Shown: positions 32,642-43,274 of the stretch, one piece after another
How positions within the stretch are numbered: the stretch's first letter is position 1
Layout of the letters: each line of letters begins with the position of its first letter
NCBI GenBank assembly: GCA_963728405.1
Contig: CAVSJV010000007.1
Location: forward strand, 288,001 to 352,000
Source of the DNA: Methanomassiliicoccaceae archaeon
GTDB lineage: Archaea; Thermoplasmatota; Thermoplasmata; Methanomassiliicoccales; Methanomassiliicoccaceae
Direction: 5' to 3'
Length of the DNA: 64,000 bases
Program-made: the position numbers and the translations under genes
The notes under the pieces: model-generated
What the model was told of the DNA's origin: nothing
Seen by the model: only the letters and a program-made list of their open reading frames with translations
The model's database searches: none

Positions 32642-34101
32642 AGGAGGTGATCCATCTGCAGGTTCCCCTACAGATACCTTGTGACGACTTAACCTACCTT
32701 GTCTAATCTAAGGTTCGTCCCCAATGAGAGACATCTTCACCAAAACAAACTCGGTTGGTTTGACGGGCAGTGTGTGCAAGAGACAGTGACATATTCACCG
32801 TTCGCTGATAACAAACGATTACTACGGATTCCAGTGTCACGAGGCTGGGTTGCAAACCTCGATCTGGACTGAGATGGACTTTAAGGGATTGGCTTCACCT
32901 TTCGGTGTTGCATCCCATTGTATCCCCATTGACGCGCGCGTGTTGCCCAGGGGATTCGGGCTGTACTCACCTAACGTAGCCCGCACTTTCATCCTGTTAC
33001 CAAGGCAATCTGCATATATGTGCGCCCACTCCGGAGAAGACTAGTAAATAATACATGAGGGTCTTGCCTGTTACCTGATTTAACAGGTCACCTCACGGCA
33101 CAGGCTGACGTCGGCCATGCAACTCCTCTCAGCGTGTCAGGTAAGCCCTTCAGACTGACCTTCATTCTGCTGTCGCTCCTGGTGAGGTTCACGGTGTAGA
33201 ATCTAATTGAACCGCACGCGTCACCCGTTGTAGTGTCTCCCCGCCAATTCCTTTAAGTTTCGGCCTTGCGACTATACTTCCCAGGTAGCACACTCTTCGG
33301 CTTCCCTTCAGCACGAAACCTCTCGAGGAGGTACTGATGTTTAGTGTGCAGTGTTTACTGCTAGGACTACAGGGGTATCTAATCCCTTTTGCGCCCCTAG
33401 CCTTCATCCCTCACTGTCAGAACTGTTCTCGTAAGATGCCTTCGCTATTGTTAGTCCGTCCAGGATTAACACATTTTACCGCTACTCCAGAACGTACTTC
33501 TTACGTCTCCCAGTCTCTAGCTCCGCAGTACTTCCTGCCCGCCCGACACTTGAGACATGCCAGATTTCACAAGAGACTTAGAAGACAAGCTACGGATGTT
33601 TTAGACCCAATAAAAATGGCTGCGACTTGGACCGCGGGTATTACCGCGGCGGCTGGCACTCGTCTTACCCAGTCCTTATTCGCCAATTTTTTAGACTTGG
33701 CAAAAGCTTCACAAAGTGCAAGCACTCTGGCTCAATACTGTCACGCTTTCGCGCATTGCGAAGTATTCCCAACTGCTGCACCCCGTAGGGCTGGGAATAG
33801 TGTCTCAGATTCCCTCTCAGGGCCTCTCCGCTAAGAGCCCTTACGGATCACGGGCTGGTGGGCCATTACCCCGCCAACAACCTAATCCGCCGCAGCCCCA
33901 TCCTTAGGCACGAGTTTGAGAGATAAATCATTCCAGGTTAGATTCTATCAGGTATTATCCTCAGTTTCCCGAGGTTATCCCTGACCTAAGGGTAGGTTAG
34001 CTACGTGTTACTGAGCAGTTCGCCGAGACCTTACCGTCTCTCGACTCGCATGTCTTAATCGTATTCCAATAGCGGTGGCCGCCGGCAGGATCAACCGGAA
34101 T
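32642..34101 (-). rRNA. rrs: 16S rRNA gene, unlinked (no tRNA-Ala/23S follows), atypical internal sequence
   Basis: 5' ATTCCGGTTGATCCTGCCGG, GTGCCAGCCGCCGCGGTAA, GGATTAGATACCC, AAACTTAAAGGAATTG, 3' GGATCACCTCCT. Confidence 0.97.
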
Positions 34102-34405
34102 CCATTCCTTAAGCAACAGAAGTTGCCGTCAGGACACACTTATAGGTTGGCAGGATTCTAAGTTTCACCAGCGTAACCACGCTGTGATATTATTCCTATT
34201 TCTTGCATTAATTGGGTTACATTGCATCGAACTGTCAGAACCAAGAGAGCACGCGTAGATGATTACGCGGAGATCTTAGTTCTCCATGTCATTATCCGAA
34301 GCTTTTGATACGATCGCATCATAGCCGGCCTTTCGACCGTCGCTCTGGACCGTCCCATTGCTTCAGTTGCTGTCTAACGCAGCTTTCCCTCAAATACAGA
34401 TGTTG

Positions 34406-34623
34406 TATATAAGCATTTGTATGCTCGGGTTCTGCGTCATGCACAGATGTGTATGTTATTCTTCCACATCCGGGCCCTTCCACCTAAAACCGAAGTCATA
34501 TATAAGGGTTTTCATACTTGATGAAAGCCCTTTTGACCCCGATTACAGTGTATGGGAGATATGTGTTCTTAGTGATTCCATATCTCACAGCTAATTCACA
34601 CTTAAAACGCTATCATATATAAA
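34406..34623 (-). promoter_or_regulatory. three tandem TATA boxes upstream of the 16S gene
   Basis: CTTATATA (34406-34413), CTTATATA (34499-34506), TTTATATA (34616-34623) on minus strand, each with an A-rich BRE-like 5' side. Confidence 0.6.
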
Positions 34624-34933
34624 CTTTACTGTAGTCCTGCGGCGCCTGTAGATTCTTAGACCGCAGATAAGAGGCACTGCATTGTTTTCCGGCCCGGTTA
34701 CGCCGGCTTGAGCAGTTACAGAGTTATCGATCATATTGCGCTTAAACCTTTGAGATATCTGAAGAGATATGCCTTTCCTACGGCCGAGATTATATCATAA
34801 TATATAGTTGCGGAGGGGAACCGATTCATTGTATAATGGGGATCGTTCGATGAATGGCGGCCCCTACTATCTATGGCCTCAGAAAGTAGCCACAAAAAAG
34901 TTTAAAAGGGGCGTATCATTGTGTGCCATCAAA

Positions 34934-35020
34934 GCGGAGGTGGCCCAGCTCGGTAAGGCGCAGGATTGCTAATCCTGTGACCTCACGGTCTCGGGGGTTC
35001 AAATCCCCCCCTTCGCGCCA
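34934..35020 (+). tRNA. tRNA-Ser(GCT) with encoded CCA; island integration site
   Basis: GCGGAGG/CCTTCGC acceptor, CAGGA-TTGCTAA-TCCTG, long variable arm, GGGGG-TTCAAAT-CCCCC. Confidence 0.95.
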
Positions 35021-36053
35021 CTATACATATCCACTCACCTCGAATCTGGATTCAATTTTGCGGTTTTTTAGCATCTGGGTAGCTCATTTTGCCATGAGAG
35101 AGCTGCTGAGCTTCCCTGTTAGCGACCTCTTGCTGCTTGCGGCAGTACATACGTTTCTGTGGTCTTCGTCGTCGCGTAGCCCACATGACCGAAACGGAAT
35201 TCAGGCCCATATTCTGATCTATGTTCATCTGCCCGAAAGTCCTCCGGCAATCCGTAGGTCGAACTTGATGCTTGTTTCGCTCTCGACGAGCCGTTTTAGC
35301 TTCTCTATGCCATCGGTCGAGAAGTGGCCGCCCTCCTGGTCCATCGTGGCTGGAAAGGGGGCCTGGTTCATCGGACATTTCTTCTCGATGTGTTTCTTCC
35401 TCGCTCGGAGATGTCTGGTTAATAGTTCGTGGGCCTGTTGGTCTGATGGCGACCATCCTGGGCTCCCCATAGCTACCCTCGCCCTTAAACGTGCTCGACA
35501 TAGATGACCCAATCCTGGGTATCCAGGTCGCCCACATTACTGAGGCGCAGACTCCTTAAACCGCAGGCTTAGAACATGGGGCTAGGACCAGGTTATCGAA
35601 TATGCTTTTATCCTAGTCCAGTCCGTTCCCTCTACAGTCTTGGCCTCCGCAATGATTCGGTGGAAAATTCCCCTGCCTTCATCGGTGGCAACATTCCAGG
35701 TGCTCTTCTTCGGCCTTGCTTCGGGGATATCTTACCTTGCACTGCTGGACCGCTCGTATTTCCGACGAACTGAAGCACGACTATCCAGACACTGTAATGT
35801 TGTGGCTGATGGCCGTTCCTTTCAGACCCTCTGGCTTTTGTTGAGAGCCGATATATTGCAGAATATCCTCGGCGGATATCTTCTGCGGGTCGTAGGAAGA
35901 AATTTTGCCATTGCCGTACAGCGCGTTCTCAAATCCTTTTCCATCCGTCGGTATCTCCTTCGAACCTCTACCATCGTGGATTCGGCGTACACAGTTCCCG
36001 ATCACAGCGAGGTATTTCTTCGCCTTCTGGGTCAAGAAGGGATATCGGACCAT
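35021..36053 (-). pseudogene. full-length tyrosine recombinase/integrase, many frameshifts
   Basis: Joined frames: MVRYPFL..YAEST..; LRLSNVGDLD..VEHV/KGEGSYGEPR; CRRTFGQ..GHATTKTTE..; ends KIESRFEVSGYV-TAG abutting the tRNA CCA. Confidence 0.85.
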
Positions 36054-37099
36054 ATCCGCGCTCCTCCTTTCCCTGCCAGCCCCGCTATTGACCACGGAAG
36101 GTTCCTTGCCGCAAGGCTGACGCCGGGCATTTGAACACTCGGAGCCAGGAATGAACGTCCTCGGTAATGAGCAGCCTGTTTCCGCGTTCGTTGAGCCTAG
36201 AATATCCTCTAAATTATGTACATCGGTATCATTGACACTTACCACTATCGTCCGGACTCCTAACCACCGGGATCACGAGCACCATTTTCTCAGAATATAA
36301 TTATGCCTTTCAGACGCAGGGCAATCTTTCTTGTGGTGGTAGACTTGATTAGTGGTAGTGTTACGCCGGAGATTAGCTCAACACGGTGAGTTGTTTATCT
36401 AGAGATAGTTGGGGGTGGTATGTAATTCGTTTGTTGGGTTGTGATGGTGCTTCTCAGGCTAGGTCCAGGCCGGATTTTTGGTTGTACGGAGAATCCGACT
36501 CGGACACTTAAAAACCTGGACATGATTATCAATTGTTTGCGAAATTGGCGGTCGGCAACGGTGGGCTCACTTAGTTTTCCGATAATTGGGCAAGCCAATC
36601 TCCCAAACGATGTACATCGCCAATAATGCTAAGAACAATTACCAGATAGGAACCCAACCAAGAGTCCAGAGGCCGCATCATCCAGCTGGGGCTCGAAGTC
36701 AGATTATCAGTACAACCATTATCGAGGTAGTAGCCATGACCTCAATTATGTACGATTTTAGCTTGGTCGAGTCACCTTCGGTCTGTTCCTTGGTCAGTGT
36801 TACCTTTGTGTTTGCGATAGGCATCAATGGTCAATCTGCTAGGAAAACTAACCATCTTCCCGGACCCATAGATGAATGCAAACAGGGATGCGGCGATGAT
36901 GCTCTCTGAATGATTGCCGTTTCCGCAATAAGCGTACTCATGAGGCTTGGTGTTTTATCGCAAGGAGCGAAATAGGGGTTTGCTAACATGGGTTGTTAAA
37001 AAAAAAGGTCGATATTGACCCCCCGAATATTTGGGTCTGAGTTAGGACCGTTCTTTATGGAATCCATGTCACCTGAGCAATCCCAAAGGAAGTCGATTC

Positions 37100-37477
37100 C
37101 TTGAGCACTTGTCCATTCATCGAGACGATTTGTACTGTAATCCAACTCATTGACCCAATACTGGAGATGGCATTCAGCCACCACAGGGTTGCTCGTTGAG
37201 GACCTCGTGAATACTACACAGTCTTTTCGCCGCTGCCGATCCACGTGTTCATGCCCCCCTGGTCGCCGTAAACTCCTGACCAGCTACCCGTGCATTTGAC
37301 CACAATCTTCACCTGTTTGCTATTCGCTGCGCTCGCCAGCGATATAACAAGGATAGCAACAACGAGAATGGCAATAAGGCCGATGACAATCTTGTTCGAG
37401 TCTGCTTCTTTGAGAGAACCTTTCTTCTGAGGATATGGTGACTCTCGATTTTGAGGCCGTAGTGGTTGGTTCTCCAA
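37100..37477 (-). pseudogene. small single-TM exported protein, frameshifted
   Basis: 'IVIGLIAILVVAILVISLA' then 'VKIVVKCTGSWSGVYGD'; 3' end uncertain. Confidence 0.4.
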
Positions 37478-38606
37478 TTATATCCTCGGTATCCGAAATA
37501 TATCTGACGGTATAAAGATACCGAACCGATTTTCTCAACTAACAATCTCAAGTCGCTGGCACCTCTGACCGTTTGAGCCCTGTGGGTGGCCCTACGCCCG
37601 ATGTTAGTGGAATATTCATCAAGGCGTAGGAAGTCCTCGTCGTTTATCCAAACGAGCCCGCCGACCTCGCCGCTGCACTGGCAGGCCATCCCGTGTCTTA
37701 CGGCCCTTGGGGGCCCGTGGGGCTGCATCACATGGAAAGAGCATACTTTGACCCAGGATGGAAAGTCAGGATAAGTGATACGCTAAGACCGGTCTAAGGG
37801 CCGAGCGACCTCAAGCGTTCAAAGCTCTACTTCCCCATCAGGTATGCTCTCATTCGTTCGTAGAATGCAATGGAGGGCACCTCTATAACCGCCCCATCAA
37901 CGGGGTCCATGATAATCTCGAACTCCGACGATATGGTCACCAGATCGCTATCGGTGTTCAATTTCTCGCTGGGCATGCGAAGACATGAGGCTGGAGAGTC
38001 CTGTCCACCTGGTTCTTAAGAGCCATGCCAATATCCTTATTGCTACGAAATGGCCGGGGGTAGGGCAAAGATTGAATTACGGCCCCCCGGGTTGCGTACC
38101 GGGGTCGGTTTGTTCGCACTCAGATATGGCATCCTTCAGCTCCTTTAGTCGTCCAGCATCGAGGTCAAAAGGCGGGTCCTGCCAATCTATGCTGCCATCT
38201 GACTCTTTTGGATTCACTAGGTCGATCAAATTCTTGACCTGCTCCTGCTGAACCGGGTTAATCGCCTCAGGGGCGATATCAGAAAGAAATGGCAACTGAG
38301 CCCTGGTGCCGATAATGCTCATGTCCTCGTTGACGCCGTTATTGGCCAGACTGACTTAGGGCATCGCCAGGTAGATGCCCTTCTTCCCGTCCGCAGACGA
38401 TAAGGGAGCCGGATGCGGGGATTGCTAACGATATTGGCTATGACTTTCTTCGATGCCCAGGTTGGCGGAGCGCAGATGGCCCACCATACCGTAGCGTTCA
38501 GGCGAAAGAACAAACCTGCCCCTACCCACAACAGCTATGGCCACAGGCGATTTCATAGAACCGAGGACATAAGACCCCGGAACGGGCGGCCAAGGGGATT
38601 GAAGCA

Positions 38607-39044
38607 TCATGGATAAACTTCGGATGGTAATCGTTCTACATGCCAATAAATCCACAGTGAATGGGCGGGTTTCTTCAGATTACTCCTTCTTCTCCATCTC
38701 GACTTTATCGCCTCAAACCCTTCCTCTACATTTGAGAATATGGTTGAAGCCATGGCGAATCTTGCAGTGAGAACTGCCTCACCGATCTCCCTGTTCGTCA
38801 ATCCCATGTGTTTGCCTACCTTGATGAAATACTCGCTGCATTGCTTGTTCTGCAGAGCCGCCGCCACAGAGATCATTATGAGCTGTTTGTATTTTGGTGG
38901 GATTTCAGGCAAGCTCATAACGAATTTTCCTTCTTGCGCTTGGCGCTCGATCCATTCCGGCATTACTTTTGAGGTGAGGATCAGAGGATTGCATACCTCT
39001 CCGCTGTTCTTTCCCATCTCTCTCAAAATCTTATCAGCGTCCAT
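38607..39044 (-). CDS. carboxymuconolactone decarboxylase/AhpD-like protein
   Basis: 'IPPKYKQLIMISVAAALQNKQC...GLTNREIGEAV'. Confidence 0.8.
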   Translation of the reverse strand: MDADKILREMGKNSGEVCNPLILTSKVMPEWIERQAQEGKFVMSLPEIPPKYKQLIMISVAAALQNKQCSEYFIKVGKHMGLTNREIGEAVLTARFAMASTIFSNVEEGFEAIKSRWRRRSNLKKPAHSLWIYWHVERLPSEVYP

Positions 39045-39281
39045 GAGAGATCAATGAGATCAAGATGCTAAAGTAAGCTAGCATGATGGCTAACTGCCAT
39101 CACTGCTCTTTCTTCTTTCAGATCTTATTAATGAATAAGCATCAACCTATCCATCTGGATTCGAAGTAGATAGGTGCCACAAAGGAATTAGGAGAGAATC
39201 GAATATTCCACAAACCATAGTAAGGAATAATGACATATGACATTGTTCCCCTTAACTATCAAACAGCCCCAATGGTGAACC

Positions 39282-39875
39282 ATGAGGATAGGCATACTAG
39301 GCTGCGATGCACTTCGGAACGAGATCGAGGTCATCACTGCGGGCGACCCAGAGGTCTGCCGTGAATATCTGGAGTTCGGGCTCCATTTACATGCGGACAA
39401 TTTAAAGCAGATCATCTTGGAAAAATCGGAATCGTTGCCTTGTCCAGGTCGATGTGTTTTTCCTTGGCTATGGTCACTGCCGCGCTTAAGGCCTTCCGGA
39501 ACAATTCAAGGTTCCGGTGGTGATGATGGAGCGTGGACTGCATCGCCGCCCTGCTGACGACCGAGAGGTACCACGCTGAGAAGCATAATGGTGGGATCAC
39601 ATGGTTCTATCCAGCCGGCTGGGCAAAATATGGGGTGCCAGGCATCATTTAACTATTCGAACTGGACCGTATCGGCTCCGAGGACTATCCTCCTGAATAC
39701 TTCCTCAAGATGATGTTCGACGGCTTTTCCAGGTGCCTGTTCATCGACAACGGCGTGGACTGTGCCGAGCAGTGCCGGAAGAACCTGCAAGCAGTTCGCC
39801 GGGATCCTTGGGCTTAGGCGTGAGCGAACGAGCGGGTCAATCACACCTAATTCAAGACGCTTGGCTCAATACTTA
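39282..39875 (+). pseudogene. DUF1638-like protein, multiply frameshifted
   Basis: 'IGILGC..LRNEI', 'LEFGLH', 'LGYGHC', 'DCIAALL', 'WFYPAGW', 'RCLFID'. Confidence 0.7.
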
Positions 39876-40097
39876 AGCTAGAGCAAAGGGCGCTCGAACA
39901 TGTGGACAGAGCAGAAATTTTAGGGCGCGACTAAAGAGGTTTGTTGCAGTACGCACAGGTATCACGGTATTGTGGGTTGCCTCGCTTACAGGGGCACTGC
40001 TTCTGCTGATCTGACCGAATAAGAAGGGGTGTCCACACTCCGAGCACCTCGCAGCTGCCTCATCGCTCTTGGCATGACATGCGGTGCACTCCTTCAA
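39873..40097 (-). CDS. small zinc-ribbon protein
   Basis: CTAC...CSECG. Confidence 0.4.
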   Translation of the reverse strand: MKECTACHAKSDEAAARCSECGHPFLFGQISRSSAPVSEATHNTVIPVRTATNLFSRALKFLLCPHVRAPFALA

Positions 40098-40170
40098 GTT
40101 CTATCCCCTCTTCCAGCATAATGAACCTTCTGAGTCTCCAATAAGAGAGTAATTTCCCTTATGCCATTAG

Positions 40171-40786
40171 TTACACACTCGGGGTCGTGGACAGAGCTGG
40201 CTGCTCAGCCCTCAATCTGAAGAACGCTATCGCCAGCAGTATCATTGCCACCCACAGCAGAATTAAGCCTATGAGTATTATCGTTAGTATTGCTCCAATC
40301 AGGAGAATCAGTCCGCTTGTAGCAAACATGGCGATACCAGTTCTCTGAGCAAGCGTTCTTAACGATTTTCTTATAAAATACGCGGCCAAGACGGTTAGTG
40401 CAAACAGAATGACCAAGGCTCCGATCATTGCCGCGAAGTAAGGCGCCAATGCATCATAGTTCAGGTTATTCCAGTCTATTCCCTGCCAAGCAGCCGGGTC
40501 AGACCAACTAGACATCGAGAGACCGATCTGCGTTAGCGCACCAGCAGCGGCGATACCGATTATAACGGCGGCGATCACAACACCCACGACAAATATAATG
40601 ACGCCGTTTAGCACGTTTTTTGAAGATACTTCGATCTTTGTAGTAATCTGCCAAGCCATGGAAGGCAACCAACAATAGCACCAGGCCAACTAATCCCAGA
40701 ACATTACCGGATGAACCGCCAATCGGGCTAAAGACCATAAAGAGGGCCCCAATTAATCCGAATATTTTGCTTGTCTCAAGGGACAC
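40171..40786 (-). CDS. DUF996-like membrane protein, frameshift near 40615
   Basis: 'KIFGLIGAL..GLVLLLVA..LADYYKDRSIF' then 'F.TSGLILLIGAILTIILIG...AFFRL'. Confidence 0.75.
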
Positions 40787-41107
40787 AAAGAGCCTCCTTA
40801 CTGGCTTTCATTGTCGATTATTAGGTAACCTGTTCTTTTAAAAATATTTCGCTGGCCAAGCCGAACTTCATATTGTCAGCGTGTCCAATCGACTGGCATC
40901 TGGGTAGCCCCGAAGCACATGGTCAGGGGCGAATGGTTCGTGGGAACGGCGGGCCCGGTCAATGTCGCCTATATACCATGTAGATATTGTATTGAATTGC
41001 ATCCATCGTTAGAGAAGGGCGCTGGTCGATCGCACCAAGACAGGGATCGATGCAAGGGACGAATCGATCCGCCCCAGGGGGCTCCGGCATGAACGATGCC
41101 GACCTAA

Positions 41108-41140
41108 GAATCCCATGAACCTCATTCATGGGGGTGTCTA
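41108..41140 (+). mobile_element. IS200/IS605-like right-end hairpin remnant
   Basis: GAATCCCATGAA-CCTCA-TTCATGGGGG-TGTCTA resembles the GAATCCC[hairpin]GGGAGTGTCAA end motif; no tnpA/tnpB nearby. Confidence 0.45.
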
Positions 41141-41368
41141 GAAGTTAACCGAAGCACTGACATTTTTGCATCCGACTCGCATCTTATGATCCACCGGTCG
41201 CCCCATCGCTCCTTCGGATGCGAGTCCAGAGATCACAAATGTGATGGGGAATGATTATGTGATATCAACCGGAAGTCCACACAACGAGGCTTTAAAGTTA
41301 TAGAAATGATGAGGCGACGAGAGGCAATGAAAGAACGGTAAGCCGCTCCCCCGCAAGCCGGTCAGCCC

Positions 41369-41878
41369 GTGGCCCCGGCAGGTCCAGCACCCATGGGAGG
41401 CCCGCAACGCTATACGATGCGGGAGCAGATGTTCTCTATTGGAGACGATTTCTTCATCCAGAATGGAGCAGGTCAGAGGGTTTTCCGGATCGATGGGAAA
41501 GCCCTTCGGATACGCAACACTCTTAAGTTCGATGACGTGCAAGGGCGGGAGCTGGCTGCGAACCAGGAAAGGAAGGCGGCCATCAAGGACACTATGACAA
41601 TGGAGCGAAACGGTCAGCCTTATGCCGTGATCAAGAAAGCCATGATAACTCCCGTACGGGAGAGGTCCACCCTCAGCATGCCTGGAGGGGATATCGAGAT
41701 CAAGGACAATATTGCGGACCACGAATATACCTTCGAGCGGAACGGACGCGTTGTGGCCGAGGTCGGTAAGCGTTGGCTCCGGATGAGGGATACTTACACC
41801 ATTGATGTCCATCTCGGAGAAGATGATATCGTGATTCTGGCCGCGGCGGTCGCCATCGACAACATGGAGCATTCTTGA
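41369..41878 (+). CDS. LURP-one/Tubby-C-like (DUF567) protein
   Basis: 'YTMREQMFSIGDDFFI', 'VAEVGKRW..RDTY.ID','LAAAVAID'. Confidence 0.85.
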   Translation: MAPAGPAPMGGPQRYTMREQMFSIGDDFFIQNGAGQRVFRIDGKALRIRNTLKFDDVQGRELAANQERKAAIKDTMTMERNGQPYAVIKKAMITPVRERSTLSMPGGDIEIKDNIADHEYTFERNGRVVAEVGKRWLRMRDTYTIDVHLGEDDIVILAAAVAIDNMEHS

Positions 41879-42224
41879 GCCCCCTAGATCTCGCAGGGCG
41901 GTGCCCCATCTCATTAGGTCGGGTCGCAATACTGATCGGGATATTGTGACTTTGATCGATACTGCCATGGTGACCCGCCCCCTTCAATAATTCTAGAATA
42001 TATTCATCGGGACAGGAAACCCTCAAACGCTCCCCGATCGTAGGCATTAACGATGTTGAGTTAGAGTGCCCTCCAGATCAAAGCTCCGAAACCGCAGGCT
42101 CCCCGTGCTGGCCTGTAGCTATATATATGTGGCGGCTGGAAACACAATAACATGATGCGTGAGGGCTGGATGCGCCCCGAATCTGTGGAAGGGGCTTTGA
42201 AGGGGCTGGAAACGGGTTGCTAAG

Positions 42225-43274
42225 ATGAAAGCGATCACCGTTGAACCAAAGAAACCAGGGACCGCTCGACTGGAAGACATCCCCGAACCGGATCCGCGGA
42301 ACGGCTCAGTGCTTGTGGAAGCCGTCGCCGTCGGAGTATGTGGGACCGATGTCGAGATCGTTGAGGGAAAATACGGCTGGGCACCTCCGGGGAAAACTAG
42401 GCTCGTGTTGGGGCACGAATCGCTCGGCCGCGTGATCGATCCCGGGCCGGCAGCAGGGCTTAAAAAAGGGGATTTTGTGGTGGGAATCGTCCGGCGTCCC
42501 GATCCGATTCCCTGCTCGAACTGTGCGGTGGGGGAGTGGGACATGTGCCGCAACGGTCAGTACACCGAACGGGGCATAAAGCAGATCGACGGTTTCATGT
42601 CCGAGCGGTGGAGGATCGAACCCGAGTACGCGATGAAAGTGGATCCGACACTGGGGATCCTCGGGGTGTTGCTTGAGCCGGCGACAGTGGTCGCTAAAGC
42701 GTGGGAGATGTTGAAGGCAGTAGGTCAGCGCTCATTCTGGGAGCCGCGGAATGTGCTCGTGACCGGCGCAGGGCCCATTGGCCTTCTCGCGGCCTTCGGC
42801 GGTGTGCTGAACGGATTGGATGTTCATGTTCTGGATCGCGTCGCGTCGGGTCCCAAGCCCGATCTGGTGAAGGATCTCGGTGCTACTTATCACTCGACGA
42901 CCGTTTCGAACTTAGGCTTCGAACCGGACATTATCATCGAGTGCACCGGTGTGGGGCAGGTCATCGCCGAATCCATTCACAAGGTGGCAGCTGGCGGCAT
43001 CGTCTGCCTCACGGGTGTCGGTGCGGGTGGCCCGGCCCCTGCGGCAACCACGGCGGACACCGCAGCAGCGGCGGTGCTCAAAAATAACGTCATAATTGGA
43101 AGTGTGAATGCCAACAAGAGGCACTGGTACAAGGCAAGCGTGGCCCTGACCCACGCGGATCCAAGGTGGCTGGGGCGCCTAATAACTCGTCGAGAAAAAC
43201 CGGAGAATTTCAAACGGGCCCTGGAGCGTGAACCCAATGATATCAAGGTCATCATTCAATTCTCTGACATTTGA
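42225..43274 (+). CDS. zinc-dependent glucose 1-dehydrogenase family (MDR)
   Basis: VGVCGTD, LGHESLG, VRRP..C..C...DMC, ERGI, GAGPIG, GSVNAN. Confidence 0.88.
   Translation: MKAITVEPKKPGTARLEDIPEPDPRNGSVLVEAVAVGVCGTDVEIVEGKYGWAPPGKTRLVLGHESLGRVIDPGPAAGLKKGDFVVGIVRRPDPIPCSNCAVGEWDMCRNGQYTERGIKQIDGFMSERWRIEPEYAMKVDPTLGILGVLLEPATVVAKAWEMLKAVGQRSFWEPRNVLVTGAGPIGLLAAFGGVLNGLDVHVLDRVASGPKPDLVKDLGATYHSTTVSNLGFEPDIIIECTGVGQVIAESIHKVAAGGIVCLTGVGAGGPAPAATTADTAAAAVLKNNVIIGSVNANKRHWYKASVALTHADPRWLGRLITRREKPENFKRALEREPNDIKVIIQFSDI

Noticed and set aside
32850-33907. ORFs inside the 16S region
   Set aside because: They overlap the rRNA gene and are spurious.
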